From: a virus
Taxonomy: Duplodnaviria > Heunggongvirae > Uroviricota > Caudoviricetes
DNA: 64,000 nt
Virus record (IMG/VR): IMGVR_UViG_3300033067_001661
Location: 128,001-192,000 of that record
Reading direction: 5' to 3' (one strand)
Shown: one piece after another, positions 48,499-57,627 of the stretch
Layout: each line of letters starts with the position of its first letter
How positions within the stretch are numbered: the stretch's first letter is position 1
Program-made: the position numbers and the translations under genes
The notes under the pieces: generated by a model
What the model was told of the DNA's origin: nothing
Database searches by the model: none
Seen by the model: only the letters and a program-made list of their open reading frames with translations

Positions 48499-49585
48499 GG
48501 TAAATATTCTCCATTATCTTTCCAAAAGCATCGGCAGCAACCCTATATGTAAAGTTGTTATGAACATAGTCATATGCCCTATCTGCTTTTCCCATAGTCT
48601 CGTCTTGATTTGAATAAACCCTTCTCATAGCGTCTTGAACTGATTGAATCGTTATTCGGGGCCACTTCTTATTGAAAAACTGAACGATGTTATCCATATT
48701 AGAATGAAGCATGAAACCCGAAGGTTCGATAAGGGTGCATCTGTCCTCTGAAGCATAGTCCTGACATCCTGAAAAATTTGTTATAATGATTGGCACTTTG
48801 ATAGCCATACATTGCAATCCAGGAAGGCCAAATCCTTCGCCTAAAGTTGGCATAACTAAACAGTTGGCTGACTTATAGAAGGACGGTAAATAAGAGTCGT
48901 CGAATATTCTTCTTTCAAACAAAATGGGAGCGAATTCCTTCTTTAAGCCAAGAGTTGTCTTAATTTTTGCAACTTCTTGCGTTGCAAGCTGAGTCTTGTC
49001 TGTTTTTATGAGAAGCTGAACATTGTCAGAAGACGAAAACTCTCTACAAAAAGCCTCGATAAGCTCCTGCCATCCTTTTCTCTTTTTCCATGTCCCAACA
49101 AACAAGAAAGTGTACTTATCATGTTTGTCAAGAGGTATTACATCTTTATGCCAGTTTTCACTATTGAAAGTATGAGGTAGGTAAAACATAGGCTTGTAAA
49201 TACCGGCATGAGCAAATATCTTGTAATTAAACTGCGACGGACAAGCAATGGCGTCAAGTCTATTAAGAAGTTCAACCCACTTTTCTGGAGGCTCAAACGT
49301 CTCAAAAGTTGCAAAACCAATAGACTTATAAGTTCTTGGTATCCTCATTTGCATAGGAGGAATACAGTGATAAACTTGCGTTGCTCTAGGATTTGGCAAC
49401 TTTCTAAACAAGGGATCAAGTATAGACAATGACTTTTTACTGAACGATTGCTTTGAAAGGCTACCATTCAGAGGAACAACCCTAATATCATACTGCTTAG
49501 TTTCAAGGAGAGCAGAAACAACGTCAAACGCTGCTTGCCCATATCCTGTTTCGTTGAAAAAACCTATCCACTCAATTGGAATCAT
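48488..49585 (-). CDS. glycosyltransferase family 4 (GT-B fold)
   Basis: TGYG, FETFE, RKGW, PTLGEGFGLPGLQCMA. Start moved to 49585 because GGAGG lies 7 nt upstream. Confidence 0.9.
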   Translation of the reverse strand: MIPIEWIGFFNETGYGQAAFDVVSALLETKQYDIRVVPLNGSLSKQSFSKKSLSILDPLFRKLPNPRATQVYHCIPPMQMRIPRTYKSIGFATFETFEPPEKWVELLNRLDAIACPSQFNYKIFAHAGIYKPMFYLPHTFNSENWHKDVIPLDKHDKYTFLFVGTWKKRKGWQELIEAFCREFSSSDNVQLLIKTDKTQLATQEVAKIKTTLGLKKEFAPILFERRIFDDSYLPSFYKSANCLVMPTLGEGFGLPGLQCMAIKVPIIITNFSGCQDYASEDRCTLIEPSGFMLHSNMDNIVQFFNKKWPRITIQSVQDAMRRVYSNQDETMGKADRAYDYVHNNFTYRVAADAFGKIMENIYRVR

Positions 49586-50198
49586 AAACATCCCTCCATC
49601 TCTCTCCGACCTGTTTAGAAAATGAAGTTATGGTTTCTGGTTTTATTTTCTTTTTATCTGCAAGTCTATGACAATTTGGACATAAATAACTTAAGTTGTC
49701 ATGAGAGTTGGCATTTGGTATTTTTCTACCATATATATGATGAAGATCGCAGATGTCTTCAGCCCATCCACATTGAGAACATCCTATTTTCAAATTAACC
49801 AAAACTCTTTTTCTGGGTATAGAATTAAGATTCCAAATAGAATCAACTCCGGTAAATCTTTCTTTTGCTTTTATTTTAGTCCAGTTTGAGTTTTTTCTAT
49901 CATTAGCATAATACTTACCTGAACATAGTTTACTACAAAACTTGCGCCTCTTTTCATATCCATTATCAAACTCATTACAACAAAATAAACATTTTGAAAT
50001 CTTACATCCAGGTTTCTTTGGCATACTACTACCGCATTTGCGCGAGCAGCACTTTCTTAAATCTTTGCTAGTAAATTCTTTTTTACAAAAAGCGCATATT
50101 CTTGAATGCGCTATGTTCCAACATTTTTTGCTACAGTATTTTGAGCCAGAAGCTTTACTTTCAAATACAGATTTACATACACAACAAACAACATTCAT
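49572..50198 (-). mobile_element. free-standing HNH homing-type endonuclease with three N-terminal Cys4 zinc-finger repeats
   Basis: CSQCG...DLHHI...NSHDNLSYLCPNCH; C..C...F....K.CS..C three times; AT-rich (27-30% GC in the two 60-nt lines counted). Confidence 0.85.
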
Positions 50199-50200
50199 AA

Positions 50201-50256
50201 AATTCTCCGATATCAGTTATTCCGTGATACTGGATACACAGATAATCGGAAGAATT
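50201..50256 (-). promoter_or_regulatory. RNA hairpin sequestering the HNH gene ribosome-binding site
   Basis: mRNA AAUUCU-U-CCGAU-U-AUC ... GAU-AUCGG-AGAAUU; the 3' arm contains the GGAG SD (50205-50208) 6 nt before ATG 50198. Confidence 0.7.
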
Positions 50257-50291
50257 CCTCTTATTTCTTCAATGTACTCAATTGGGGTCAT
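50217..50291 (-). CDS. 24-aa leader ORF (MTPIEYIEEIRGILPIICVSSITE), probable remnant of the GT4 N-terminus
   Basis: ATGA overlap with the stop of 50288..53830; first 22 nt match the GT4 start at 17/22 positions. Confidence 0.5.
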   Translation of the reverse strand: MTPIEYIEEIRGILPIICVSSITE

Positions 50292-53200
50292 GTGCTAACA
50301 ATAACATCGCCTGTAAACTTGGCCCTTACATCGTTTACTTTGCTGAAAAGGCCTCCGCTTACCTGCCAAACAATGTTACCGTCAGAATCAACCTTGATTA
50401 CCCTACCTGCGTTTCCAATAAACGATGTTTCTGCGATAACAACATTAGTATTGTCGTCCAAAACAGCGTCCGAAGGGTAAGCATTATCAGAAGCAAAATA
50501 CTCAAAACTGATAGACTTATCTCTTCTGCTCAGAATAATTGTCTTACCCCTATAGTTTGCCAACTTTCTTATAGCTTGCTGTTCATAGGTTTCAACACCA
50601 TCGCCGCCATCTGGAGCAGGTAAAGGGTCTGACTCTTGAACCAGACCACTCACAAGAATTTTTTCAGAGTCTATCTCATAGACCGACCCCAAAGTAAAAT
50701 CAGAGAATGTCAACGCATTATAGCTGAATATGACCTCTTCATTATTGAAGTTGATTTCAACCAAAGACGGAGCCTCTTCTGGGGTATCCGTTCCGCTACC
50801 GTCGTCGGCTGCAATAATGTTCAATATAAGCGTATTGGTAGTTGTTGCTATTGTCTCGCCTGTATCTGTCTGTATATAAACAGCAGTAAAGACCAACTGC
50901 CATGTTCTTATTTGAGTATCATTGGGAGAGTTTAGACTAACTGTTGCAACATTTCCTGGTAAAGGAGCCTCAAAGCTAACAATATCTTGTATTGCAGCAG
51001 GAACATTTCTTTCCCAACGAAGTTCAAAACCATCACCAGGAGGGTCAACCTCGACCGTAAACGTCGTACTATCTCCAACCTTCAATGTAAGATTTGTAGT
51101 CGTACCAGTGTCAATCGCTTCCTCTTCTACCTTGGAATTACAAATCATCCAAGTTCCACTACTTGTTACATTCGCAAAGACAGGTCTCTTAACATCGTTC
51201 ATGTAAACGAAATCGCCTATAAAAACCAAAAGGCCTCTATTCGTAATTAGTCGTCTTGCGCTATCAGGATAGACAAATGGAGTTGGCAAGAAACCCGAGA
51301 GAAGGTCTACATACACATCAAAATTAGGGTCTTGAAGCTGCTCTACCTTATCGTTTGTAATACTTATTTCAAGCAACTTAGGACTCTTACCAGAGTCAAG
51401 AATCTCGTCTTGCTCACCAAAAAGAATACTTGCAGAACCTATCCAGAGCCTTATTTTGGTTATATCAACCTTAGTAGGATCAATGTCTTGACTAAACGCA
51501 ATGGTCAAAACACCCTTTCTTTGATTGTAAACAGCAGTAAGAGGATAGAACGAAGACGAGTCGCTAACATTATGCCCTCCAACACCTCTAACAAATTCTC
51601 CAGCAGGAGTTACCTCTATGACTCTATCATTCTTCGTATCTGCAATAATGAAGTTTCTAGTCTCAAGCCTATAAACAGAAAATGGATTGTTGAATCCTGG
51701 CGAAAAATCTGGCGAAGCTATATCAATCGCTTGCTGCGGAGAGAGTAACGTTCTAAACAAAAGACCTCTGAAGCCATAAACAGCCGTTCCTTCAGGATCG
51801 TTTTCATTAACACCGTTTTGATAAATGTAGTAAATATCGCCTACTGAAATGGGTTCTTGCAAAACAATCTTTGAGTAAAATGGATTGAACTCGTCAATGG
51901 TTTGCTTTTGATTTGTATAAGAACCTCTATCCCAATCCTGAGCAGTAGATATAGTAAAACCAGTTATATTGGAGCTAACAACAAGCTGTAACTCAAGACT
52001 CTGCAACGTAGGCGTAAAAGTTCTATCTGGATTAGAAACCAAAACAACTTCTATTTCTGCGTCAGTTCCATAAAGAGAAAATACGTCTCCCGATCTTAGA
52101 ACAGGAGTATATATCGCTCTATTGAGCAAAGACGGAGAGTTCGCAACCCTAACTCTAACCCTTACGTCACAATCCTCTGGAATAAGAGCGTCATAGTTGA
52201 TAGCGCTAAATACAACAGGAACTCCGCTAGAGTACCTAAACCTAATCAATCCGCTAGGAGGGAACAAGCTCTGATTGCGAAGGAATATATTGTCAACCCA
52301 GAAGACATGCTTTGTAACAGTATCGTCGGTATAAAAGACAACTTCTCTAATGTCATTCTTGTCTTCTTCCGAAATGTCAAAAACTCGCCTCTCAAAACCA
52401 TTGAATACGGGGTCAACATTATCTGTTATCTCGTCAGGACCAAGAACAAGGTAAGACTGCGACTGCTTCTTTGTATCTCCTTCGCCATTGACAAAGTACA
52501 TATAGACAGCGCCATGAGATATAGACAAGCTCTTTACATCAAGGATAAGTTCGTCATACAAACTCCAATCTCTATTCTGCGTTAGAACTCTCTTGTAAAT
52601 AATCCTAGAGTCTCTTTCTGTTTCAAACTTGCCGCTATAAAAGCCTTGAGTTCGTAAAGCAGAAGAGTCTTCCGAAGTTACGCCTATCTTGTCTGTCGTT
52701 ATCTCAACTTGCGTTGTAAAGCCAGGAATAGGTACGCCAGCCCTAGGAACTTGCTCAAAGTCTTCAACTTGGGTTGAACTGCTACCGCCTCTTGTTAGAG
52801 TAACAGTATCTCTTGTAATTGTTACATTCTGTCTGTCAGTTGCCGTGAAGAAAGCAGGATTAGAAGCCCAGTAAATAGAAATAATCGAACCGTCTTGAAC
52901 TGGCTTTCCAGATATACAATGGGTATCAAGACTTACATTCGCTGTAGTGGCGTCAAAGTCAATACCTGCGTCTGGCGTAATACCAGGATAACAAACATGA
53001 AGATTTGGGAAATCAACAAGATCGCTAAGGTTCAGATTCATGCTATTCGCAAGATAGTGCTGAGCCGTAATAAGCTTCATTGTATTAACAGAGCCAATCT
53101 CGCCAAGAAGCTGTCTATTGCCAGAACTTATCAATCTTGTAAAAGAATCGAGAGCGGCATGCGTCAAAAGGCCATTGTTCTCTAAGTCATTATGGTCAAG

Positions 53201-53830
53201 CTGTGGCACTCTTTCTGGAGAGAGTCTTCCGCTGTTGACTTTTGAAGCGTCAAAGTCTTCAAGCCTAGCGCCTGGAAGCTGATTACGAGTTTCGGTCTGC
53301 AAATCAATCTTGCTTGGAGTTCCTCTATGCTTATGCTTTGCAACCTCGTCTTTAATGAACTCAAGAAAACTTATTTCTTCTCTAAAGTTCAGATCAATAC
53401 TTGTTATGCCTGTTTCGCCAGTTGTAACCCTTGCAAGTCTAATGGCGTTTCTAGAAGGAAGGCTTCTACTCCATACAAAGTCAACTCTTCTTGAACGAAC
53501 TGTTCCGCTTGTAAGTATGGCATAGATATCAAATGTTTCGCCAGGAGGCAGATCCAAAACTTCTCCTGTGGATTCGGTTTGAACAGCAAGCGAAGAAATA
53601 ATACCTAAGCCAGGTGTTATATCAACAGCGATGGTATTGCTACCTATGTTGTCTCTTTCCGTAATGGTCCAACCGCTTATGACTCCGTTACCAAAGACAG
53701 AGTACAAACCATAAAGCTGTTTATCAATGACAAGAAAACGGTCAATCTCTTTTTGGACATTGATACCGTCGCCAAGGTCGTCGCCATAGGTAAAGTAAGC
53801 TAAACCGTAAAATGGAGTTGAACCTGCCAT
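50288..53830 (-). CDS. tail-fibre/appendage-like protein (1180 aa): conserved N-terminal domain, CBM-like domain, NHL/arylsulfotransferase-like propeller segments
   Basis: N-terminus paralogous to the 1556-aa protein; RDWSLYDELILDVKS CBM11-like; IIADTKNDRVIEV and GRVIKVDSDGNIVWQ. Confidence 0.8.
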   Translation of the reverse strand: MAGSTPFYGLAYFTYGDDLGDGINVQKEIDRFLVIDKQLYGLYSVFGNGVISGWTITERDNIGSNTIAVDITPGLGIISSLAVQTESTGEVLDLPPGETFDIYAILTSGTVRSRRVDFVWSRSLPSRNAIRLARVTTGETGITSIDLNFREEISFLEFIKDEVAKHKHRGTPSKIDLQTETRNQLPGARLEDFDASKVNSGRLSPERVPQLDHNDLENNGLLTHAALDSFTRLISSGNRQLLGEIGSVNTMKLITAQHYLANSMNLNLSDLVDFPNLHVCYPGITPDAGIDFDATTANVSLDTHCISGKPVQDGSIISIYWASNPAFFTATDRQNVTITRDTVTLTRGGSSSTQVEDFEQVPRAGVPIPGFTTQVEITTDKIGVTSEDSSALRTQGFYSGKFETERDSRIIYKRVLTQNRDWSLYDELILDVKSLSISHGAVYMYFVNGEGDTKKQSQSYLVLGPDEITDNVDPVFNGFERRVFDISEEDKNDIREVVFYTDDTVTKHVFWVDNIFLRNQSLFPPSGLIRFRYSSGVPVVFSAINYDALIPEDCDVRVRVRVANSPSLLNRAIYTPVLRSGDVFSLYGTDAEIEVVLVSNPDRTFTPTLQSLELQLVVSSNITGFTISTAQDWDRGSYTNQKQTIDEFNPFYSKIVLQEPISVGDIYYIYQNGVNENDPEGTAVYGFRGLLFRTLLSPQQAIDIASPDFSPGFNNPFSVYRLETRNFIIADTKNDRVIEVTPAGEFVRGVGGHNVSDSSSFYPLTAVYNQRKGVLTIAFSQDIDPTKVDITKIRLWIGSASILFGEQDEILDSGKSPKLLEISITNDKVEQLQDPNFDVYVDLLSGFLPTPFVYPDSARRLITNRGLLVFIGDFVYMNDVKRPVFANVTSSGTWMICNSKVEEEAIDTGTTTNLTLKVGDSTTFTVEVDPPGDGFELRWERNVPAAIQDIVSFEAPLPGNVATVSLNSPNDTQIRTWQLVFTAVYIQTDTGETIATTTNTLILNIIAADDGSGTDTPEEAPSLVEINFNNEEVIFSYNALTFSDFTLGSVYEIDSEKILVSGLVQESDPLPAPDGGDGVETYEQQAIRKLANYRGKTIILSRRDKSISFEYFASDNAYPSDAVLDDNTNVVIAETSFIGNAGRVIKVDSDGNIVWQVSGGLFSKVNDVRAKFTGDVIVST

Positions 53831-53834
53831 CTAT

Positions 53835-54038
53835 TTATGCTCCGACTCTTCCGCCCCTCGTAACGCCAACAATCATAACGCCTTCTGCTGCCGTACTACG
53901 AGAAAGCTGATACAAACCCATTCCTCTATAACCTTGTCGGCTATTCCTAATTGCAAGAAAGTTCTCGGAAGAATTTCTATCCTTCTTAATCTCATTGCGA
54001 ACTTTATTGAATACGCCTGTTGCTTGATTCTTTGACAT
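53835..54038 (-). CDS. small basic hypothetical protein (67 aa)
   Basis: AGGAGG SD inside the end of the upstream gene; fills the gap exactly. Confidence 0.7.
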   Translation of the reverse strand: MSKNQATGVFNKVRNEIKKDRNSSENFLAIRNSRQGYRGMGLYQLSRSTAAEGVMIVGVTRGGRVGA

Positions 54039-54039
54039 C

Positions 54040-57000
54040 TTATCCTCCTAAAACGTTTCCGCTAATAGACCCATTGGCTCCCAATCCAATCTCGTTCGTA
54101 TTACCCCATTCAATATCTTGTCTTGGGAAGAGCCATAAGCATTCAAAATCTTGATACCATGTATTCTTTGAAGCGTCAACCTCGCTCTTTATCGAACTTA
54201 TAACAAGAGGTTGTTTCTCTCTTGAACCAAGAGGCTGAAATGTAATAACATCAAGAGCCTTTAGCTTATTTCTTCCAATTGCTTTGAAAGAAACCTTTAT
54301 TGGAGGGATAAACATTCTGGTGTAATTCTTGACAATCCACTTCACTGTATCTGCGCTACCAAATATACCGTCCATCTGCAAGAAAGGCTTACGGTATCCT
54401 ATAAAGCCTGGCGAATCAGGATCATTAAGAGAAGCATAGTTTGTATGACCAGCAACAAAGACTTCTCCATTTGGCGAAGTAGAAAGAACTTTGATTTCGT
54501 TCATAACATCTTGAACAACTCTTTCAACCTTATAATCGCCAACGATCTGCCTATTCATTTCAGCGCCGCCAACCGCCAACTGCTTTGGCGTTGCAAAAAA
54601 ATCAACCTTACTAAGTCTTGCCCAATCCTGTATGGTCCAGTTTGTTTGCGAGCCAGACTGCCCTCCCCATATTTCTTGGTCATAAGGAAGCGGCTCAAAA
54701 TGAAACACGCCAAGTCTATCAAAGTATGCAACCTTATTGGCAAGCAGAGACATCTTCTTTACAGCGTCCCAATAGTTGCTTCCGTCAGGGAACTTCAAAA
54801 ATGGAGATTGCAAAATATCATAAGAGCCAGGAAGGGCGTATTCTCTATTATAGATTTTGTCGCCGTTATAATAGAAAGTATGCCATCCGCCTTGGTACTG
54901 AGATAAAGCAAGACTTCTAATCAAAGACCCAGGCTCAAACGTAGAATCATTATCCTCTCCGTCCCTAAGCCCTGCCATCTGCATAATATCGTAAACCGCA
55001 TTTACATCCCTCATTCTGTCAAAGAATGGAGAGTTCAAGAACATCTGATCTTTCAGTATCTTAGAATAATCATTCAGTTTACAATCTAGAATCTTTTTAT
55101 TAGTTTCAGTTGTAACAGTTCCGCCATGACAAAAACCAGTGAAAACAATCCTATCTTTAGGATTAGCTGGAGTTGGCATAATACCATCTTCCCACCAAAT
55201 GCTAATCTGCAAATAGAATGTTTTATCAGCCAAAGAATACAGATAGTTTGATTGATTATTCCTAAACTTCATACCGTCGCTTACAAGGAACGATATCGAA
55301 CCGCTATGTTCAAGTTCTTGCCATTCCGTTTCTGACCATTCATCGCTAAAAGCAAGAACGTGCTGGCTTACGTCAACAGGGCTTCTTTCAAAGATACATC
55401 CCTTTGGCGGAACAAACATTCTAAAGTAGTATAGAATTGGAGTAACACAATCATTGAGCAGCCATCCTGTTCCGGCATTGTCTATAACAGGAAAAAGATA
55501 ACCGCCAGGCAGCGCTGTTATAGCAACTTGGAAAAGCTTACTTCTATTAGAGGTTGAACCTTGATCAAGAACACATTCGGAAGCGTCAACCTCAAGAATA
55601 GATTCAAGGTTCAACCTTGTTCCCGTTCCGCCATTAGCTTTCATCATGTCTGGAGCTTTACCGTAGTTCCAAACAGCCCTAGGTTGAACGTCTATAGCAT
55701 ATGTTGTTGTCTTCTCAGCAGGACCGCTTGGTTCTGTTGCATTACCAGACTCCTCTTCTGGAACGCCAGACGAGCTTCTTCTTGCGGCTATTTCCTTGTA
55801 AACACCAGCCTCGTTTGTATATTGTTGATTTTCAAGATAGACAGTAACATCAGGGTCCAAGCTCTTGCCTTTATCTCTGAAAAGAAACTGAACATCCTTA
55901 ACGTCTATTGGTCCTTGTACAGAAAACGGTTGAGGTAAAACAAACTTGTTCAGCTTTGTATACAGCATTGGCGAGAAAGTAAACTGACAGTTACGATTTC
56001 CTCCCATTATGGCTATTCTACCAAAAGGGATGAGCATTTGTACTGTCTTATAGTTGACTTGACTTTCGCTAATAGGAACGCCAACCGGAGTTGAAGTAAG
56101 GTCTATATCCTTTCTAGATATAACCCAAGGGTTATTCTCATATCCAGAAAAAGTAACAACGATATTACCGGCATGCTGTCTAATAGAAACCTTCAGCTTT
56201 TCCTGCCTCAAAAGAGTAGCAGAAGAAGCTGCGTCATACGTTGAAAGCTTTCTTAACTTCTTATTTCTACCTAGAACATCAAAATCAACACTTATAACTT
56301 CCTTTAATGAAATTCCGCCAGCGTCTGTTCTTCCCGTATCTTCGTCGGTATTAGTTCTGCATTTTTCAGGTTCATTAGAAGTTGATGTTCTTGGCGGAGG
56401 CTGCGTCCTTTGGTTGGAATTATCAGCTTGAACCCTACAAGTAAGAGTTGGAGATTTTCCGCATTGGCAGAAAAATGGGAAGTTATTTTCTGATATAATG
56501 AGCCAATAATTATGCAAAGGATCTTCAACGCCTATCTCAATTATATAGTACATCTGTCTACTAAGATCAAGAGATTTCTTTCTCTCTTCCGCTATTTCGC
56601 TGCTTCTATCTCTGGCAGGATTGAAAAAATCTCCTGGATCAAAAGCTCCGCAAATAGAAGTCTCTGTAATAGAGTTGACATCTAAAAACGAAAACTTATC
56701 AAGCATTCTGTAGACATTGGACTTGTTAGCTATAGCGCTACTTTCTCTTGCTCCTGTAATAAACTCAACAACAAAGTCTTCTCCTTGAAAAACAGGAGTC
56801 CTCTTGAAAACTCTCCAATGAGCGCCAGGATTGATACCGTAATAGATATTGCCTCCCGGAGAGAAGAATGGCTTTAGGTTTGCTTGAGCAATAACAGCGG
56901 CAGGATCTCCTGTCTGAGCTATACCAACCATCGCTGGCATGGCAACGGTATTCTTTGTTTTTGGAATAGTATCCGCAAGACCTTCGCTTGTTGCCTGTAT

Positions 57001-57627
57001 GCCAAACGACTGACCTGCTTGATAAGAAATATACTTCCATTGAGGACAGAATGACTTTATCATTCTAACAACAGGACTTGTTATTTTAGATATAGAATTG
57101 TATTCTGACGGCATCAGGTTGATATCGCAATATAAACTTCCGTCAGCTATCCATGTTTGATGGGAAGCAATCGAATTCGAAAAGACCGCAGAGTTACCTT
57201 CAAGAATAAGAAGATTAGAAGTCAAGTCCTTATCAAGAGCCAAAAACTCAAAAGAGCTAAGAGTATAGGTTCCTTTCTTCCAATCAAAATCTCTGCCTTC
57301 CTGAACTGTTGAACGAGACATCTCTGCTTTTAGCGAATTCTTTTCCGCTTTCTCTTCAGCGTCGGGTTTCAGAAAAGCCAAAAAGTTATCTATGTAGAAG
57401 TTGGGTATAGGCCTTAAGAAAGCACCGTCCAAGCCAGGTATTGATAGTAAAGTATTCCTCAAGGTCTGAGGAGCAAACTGCAAAGTTTCAGGCGAAAAGA
57501 TAAATGATTGATCTTGTCTAAGCCTATCATAGATAGGACAATTAGCCCAAATCAAGCATTTGAACTTAAGCTGACCAGGACGGCCCGGTGAAGCTGTTTC
57601 CCAATCTTTACAGCCATTTGCCATCAA
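54040..57627 (-). CDS. putative baseplate hub / tail-tip protein with long N-terminal extension (1195 aa)
   Basis: C-terminal 450 aa follow the hub pattern: VDVSQHV, IVFTGF, CKLNDYSKILKD, YWDAVKKM..AYFDRLGVFHF, MNEIKV, FKAIGRNKLKALDVI, VISSIKSEVD; second gene after the tape-measure-like gene. Confidence 0.65.
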   Translation of the reverse strand: MMANGCKDWETASPGRPGQLKFKCLIWANCPIYDRLRQDQSFIFSPETLQFAPQTLRNTLLSIPGLDGAFLRPIPNFYIDNFLAFLKPDAEEKAEKNSLKAEMSRSTVQEGRDFDWKKGTYTLSSFEFLALDKDLTSNLLILEGNSAVFSNSIASHQTWIADGSLYCDINLMPSEYNSISKITSPVVRMIKSFCPQWKYISYQAGQSFGIQATSEGLADTIPKTKNTVAMPAMVGIAQTGDPAAVIAQANLKPFFSPGGNIYYGINPGAHWRVFKRTPVFQGEDFVVEFITGARESSAIANKSNVYRMLDKFSFLDVNSITETSICGAFDPGDFFNPARDRSSEIAEERKKSLDLSRQMYYIIEIGVEDPLHNYWLIISENNFPFFCQCGKSPTLTCRVQADNSNQRTQPPPRTSTSNEPEKCRTNTDEDTGRTDAGGISLKEVISVDFDVLGRNKKLRKLSTYDAASSATLLRQEKLKVSIRQHAGNIVVTFSGYENNPWVISRKDIDLTSTPVGVPISESQVNYKTVQMLIPFGRIAIMGGNRNCQFTFSPMLYTKLNKFVLPQPFSVQGPIDVKDVQFLFRDKGKSLDPDVTVYLENQQYTNEAGVYKEIAARRSSSGVPEEESGNATEPSGPAEKTTTYAIDVQPRAVWNYGKAPDMMKANGGTGTRLNLESILEVDASECVLDQGSTSNRSKLFQVAITALPGGYLFPVIDNAGTGWLLNDCVTPILYYFRMFVPPKGCIFERSPVDVSQHVLAFSDEWSETEWQELEHSGSISFLVSDGMKFRNNQSNYLYSLADKTFYLQISIWWEDGIMPTPANPKDRIVFTGFCHGGTVTTETNKKILDCKLNDYSKILKDQMFLNSPFFDRMRDVNAVYDIMQMAGLRDGEDNDSTFEPGSLIRSLALSQYQGGWHTFYYNGDKIYNREYALPGSYDILQSPFLKFPDGSNYWDAVKKMSLLANKVAYFDRLGVFHFEPLPYDQEIWGGQSGSQTNWTIQDWARLSKVDFFATPKQLAVGGAEMNRQIVGDYKVERVVQDVMNEIKVLSTSPNGEVFVAGHTNYASLNDPDSPGFIGYRKPFLQMDGIFGSADTVKWIVKNYTRMFIPPIKVSFKAIGRNKLKALDVITFQPLGSREKQPLVISSIKSEVDASKNTWYQDFECLWLFPRQDIEWGNTNEIGLGANGSISGNVLGG

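Noticed and set aside
5559-53830. Interpretation as a cellular surface-adhesin/S-layer locus or an extracellular contractile injection system
   Set aside because: No signal peptides or sorting signals seen; tape-measure-like and hub-like genes, a free-standing HNH and phage-style packing favour a phage. Not fully excluded without flanking sequence.
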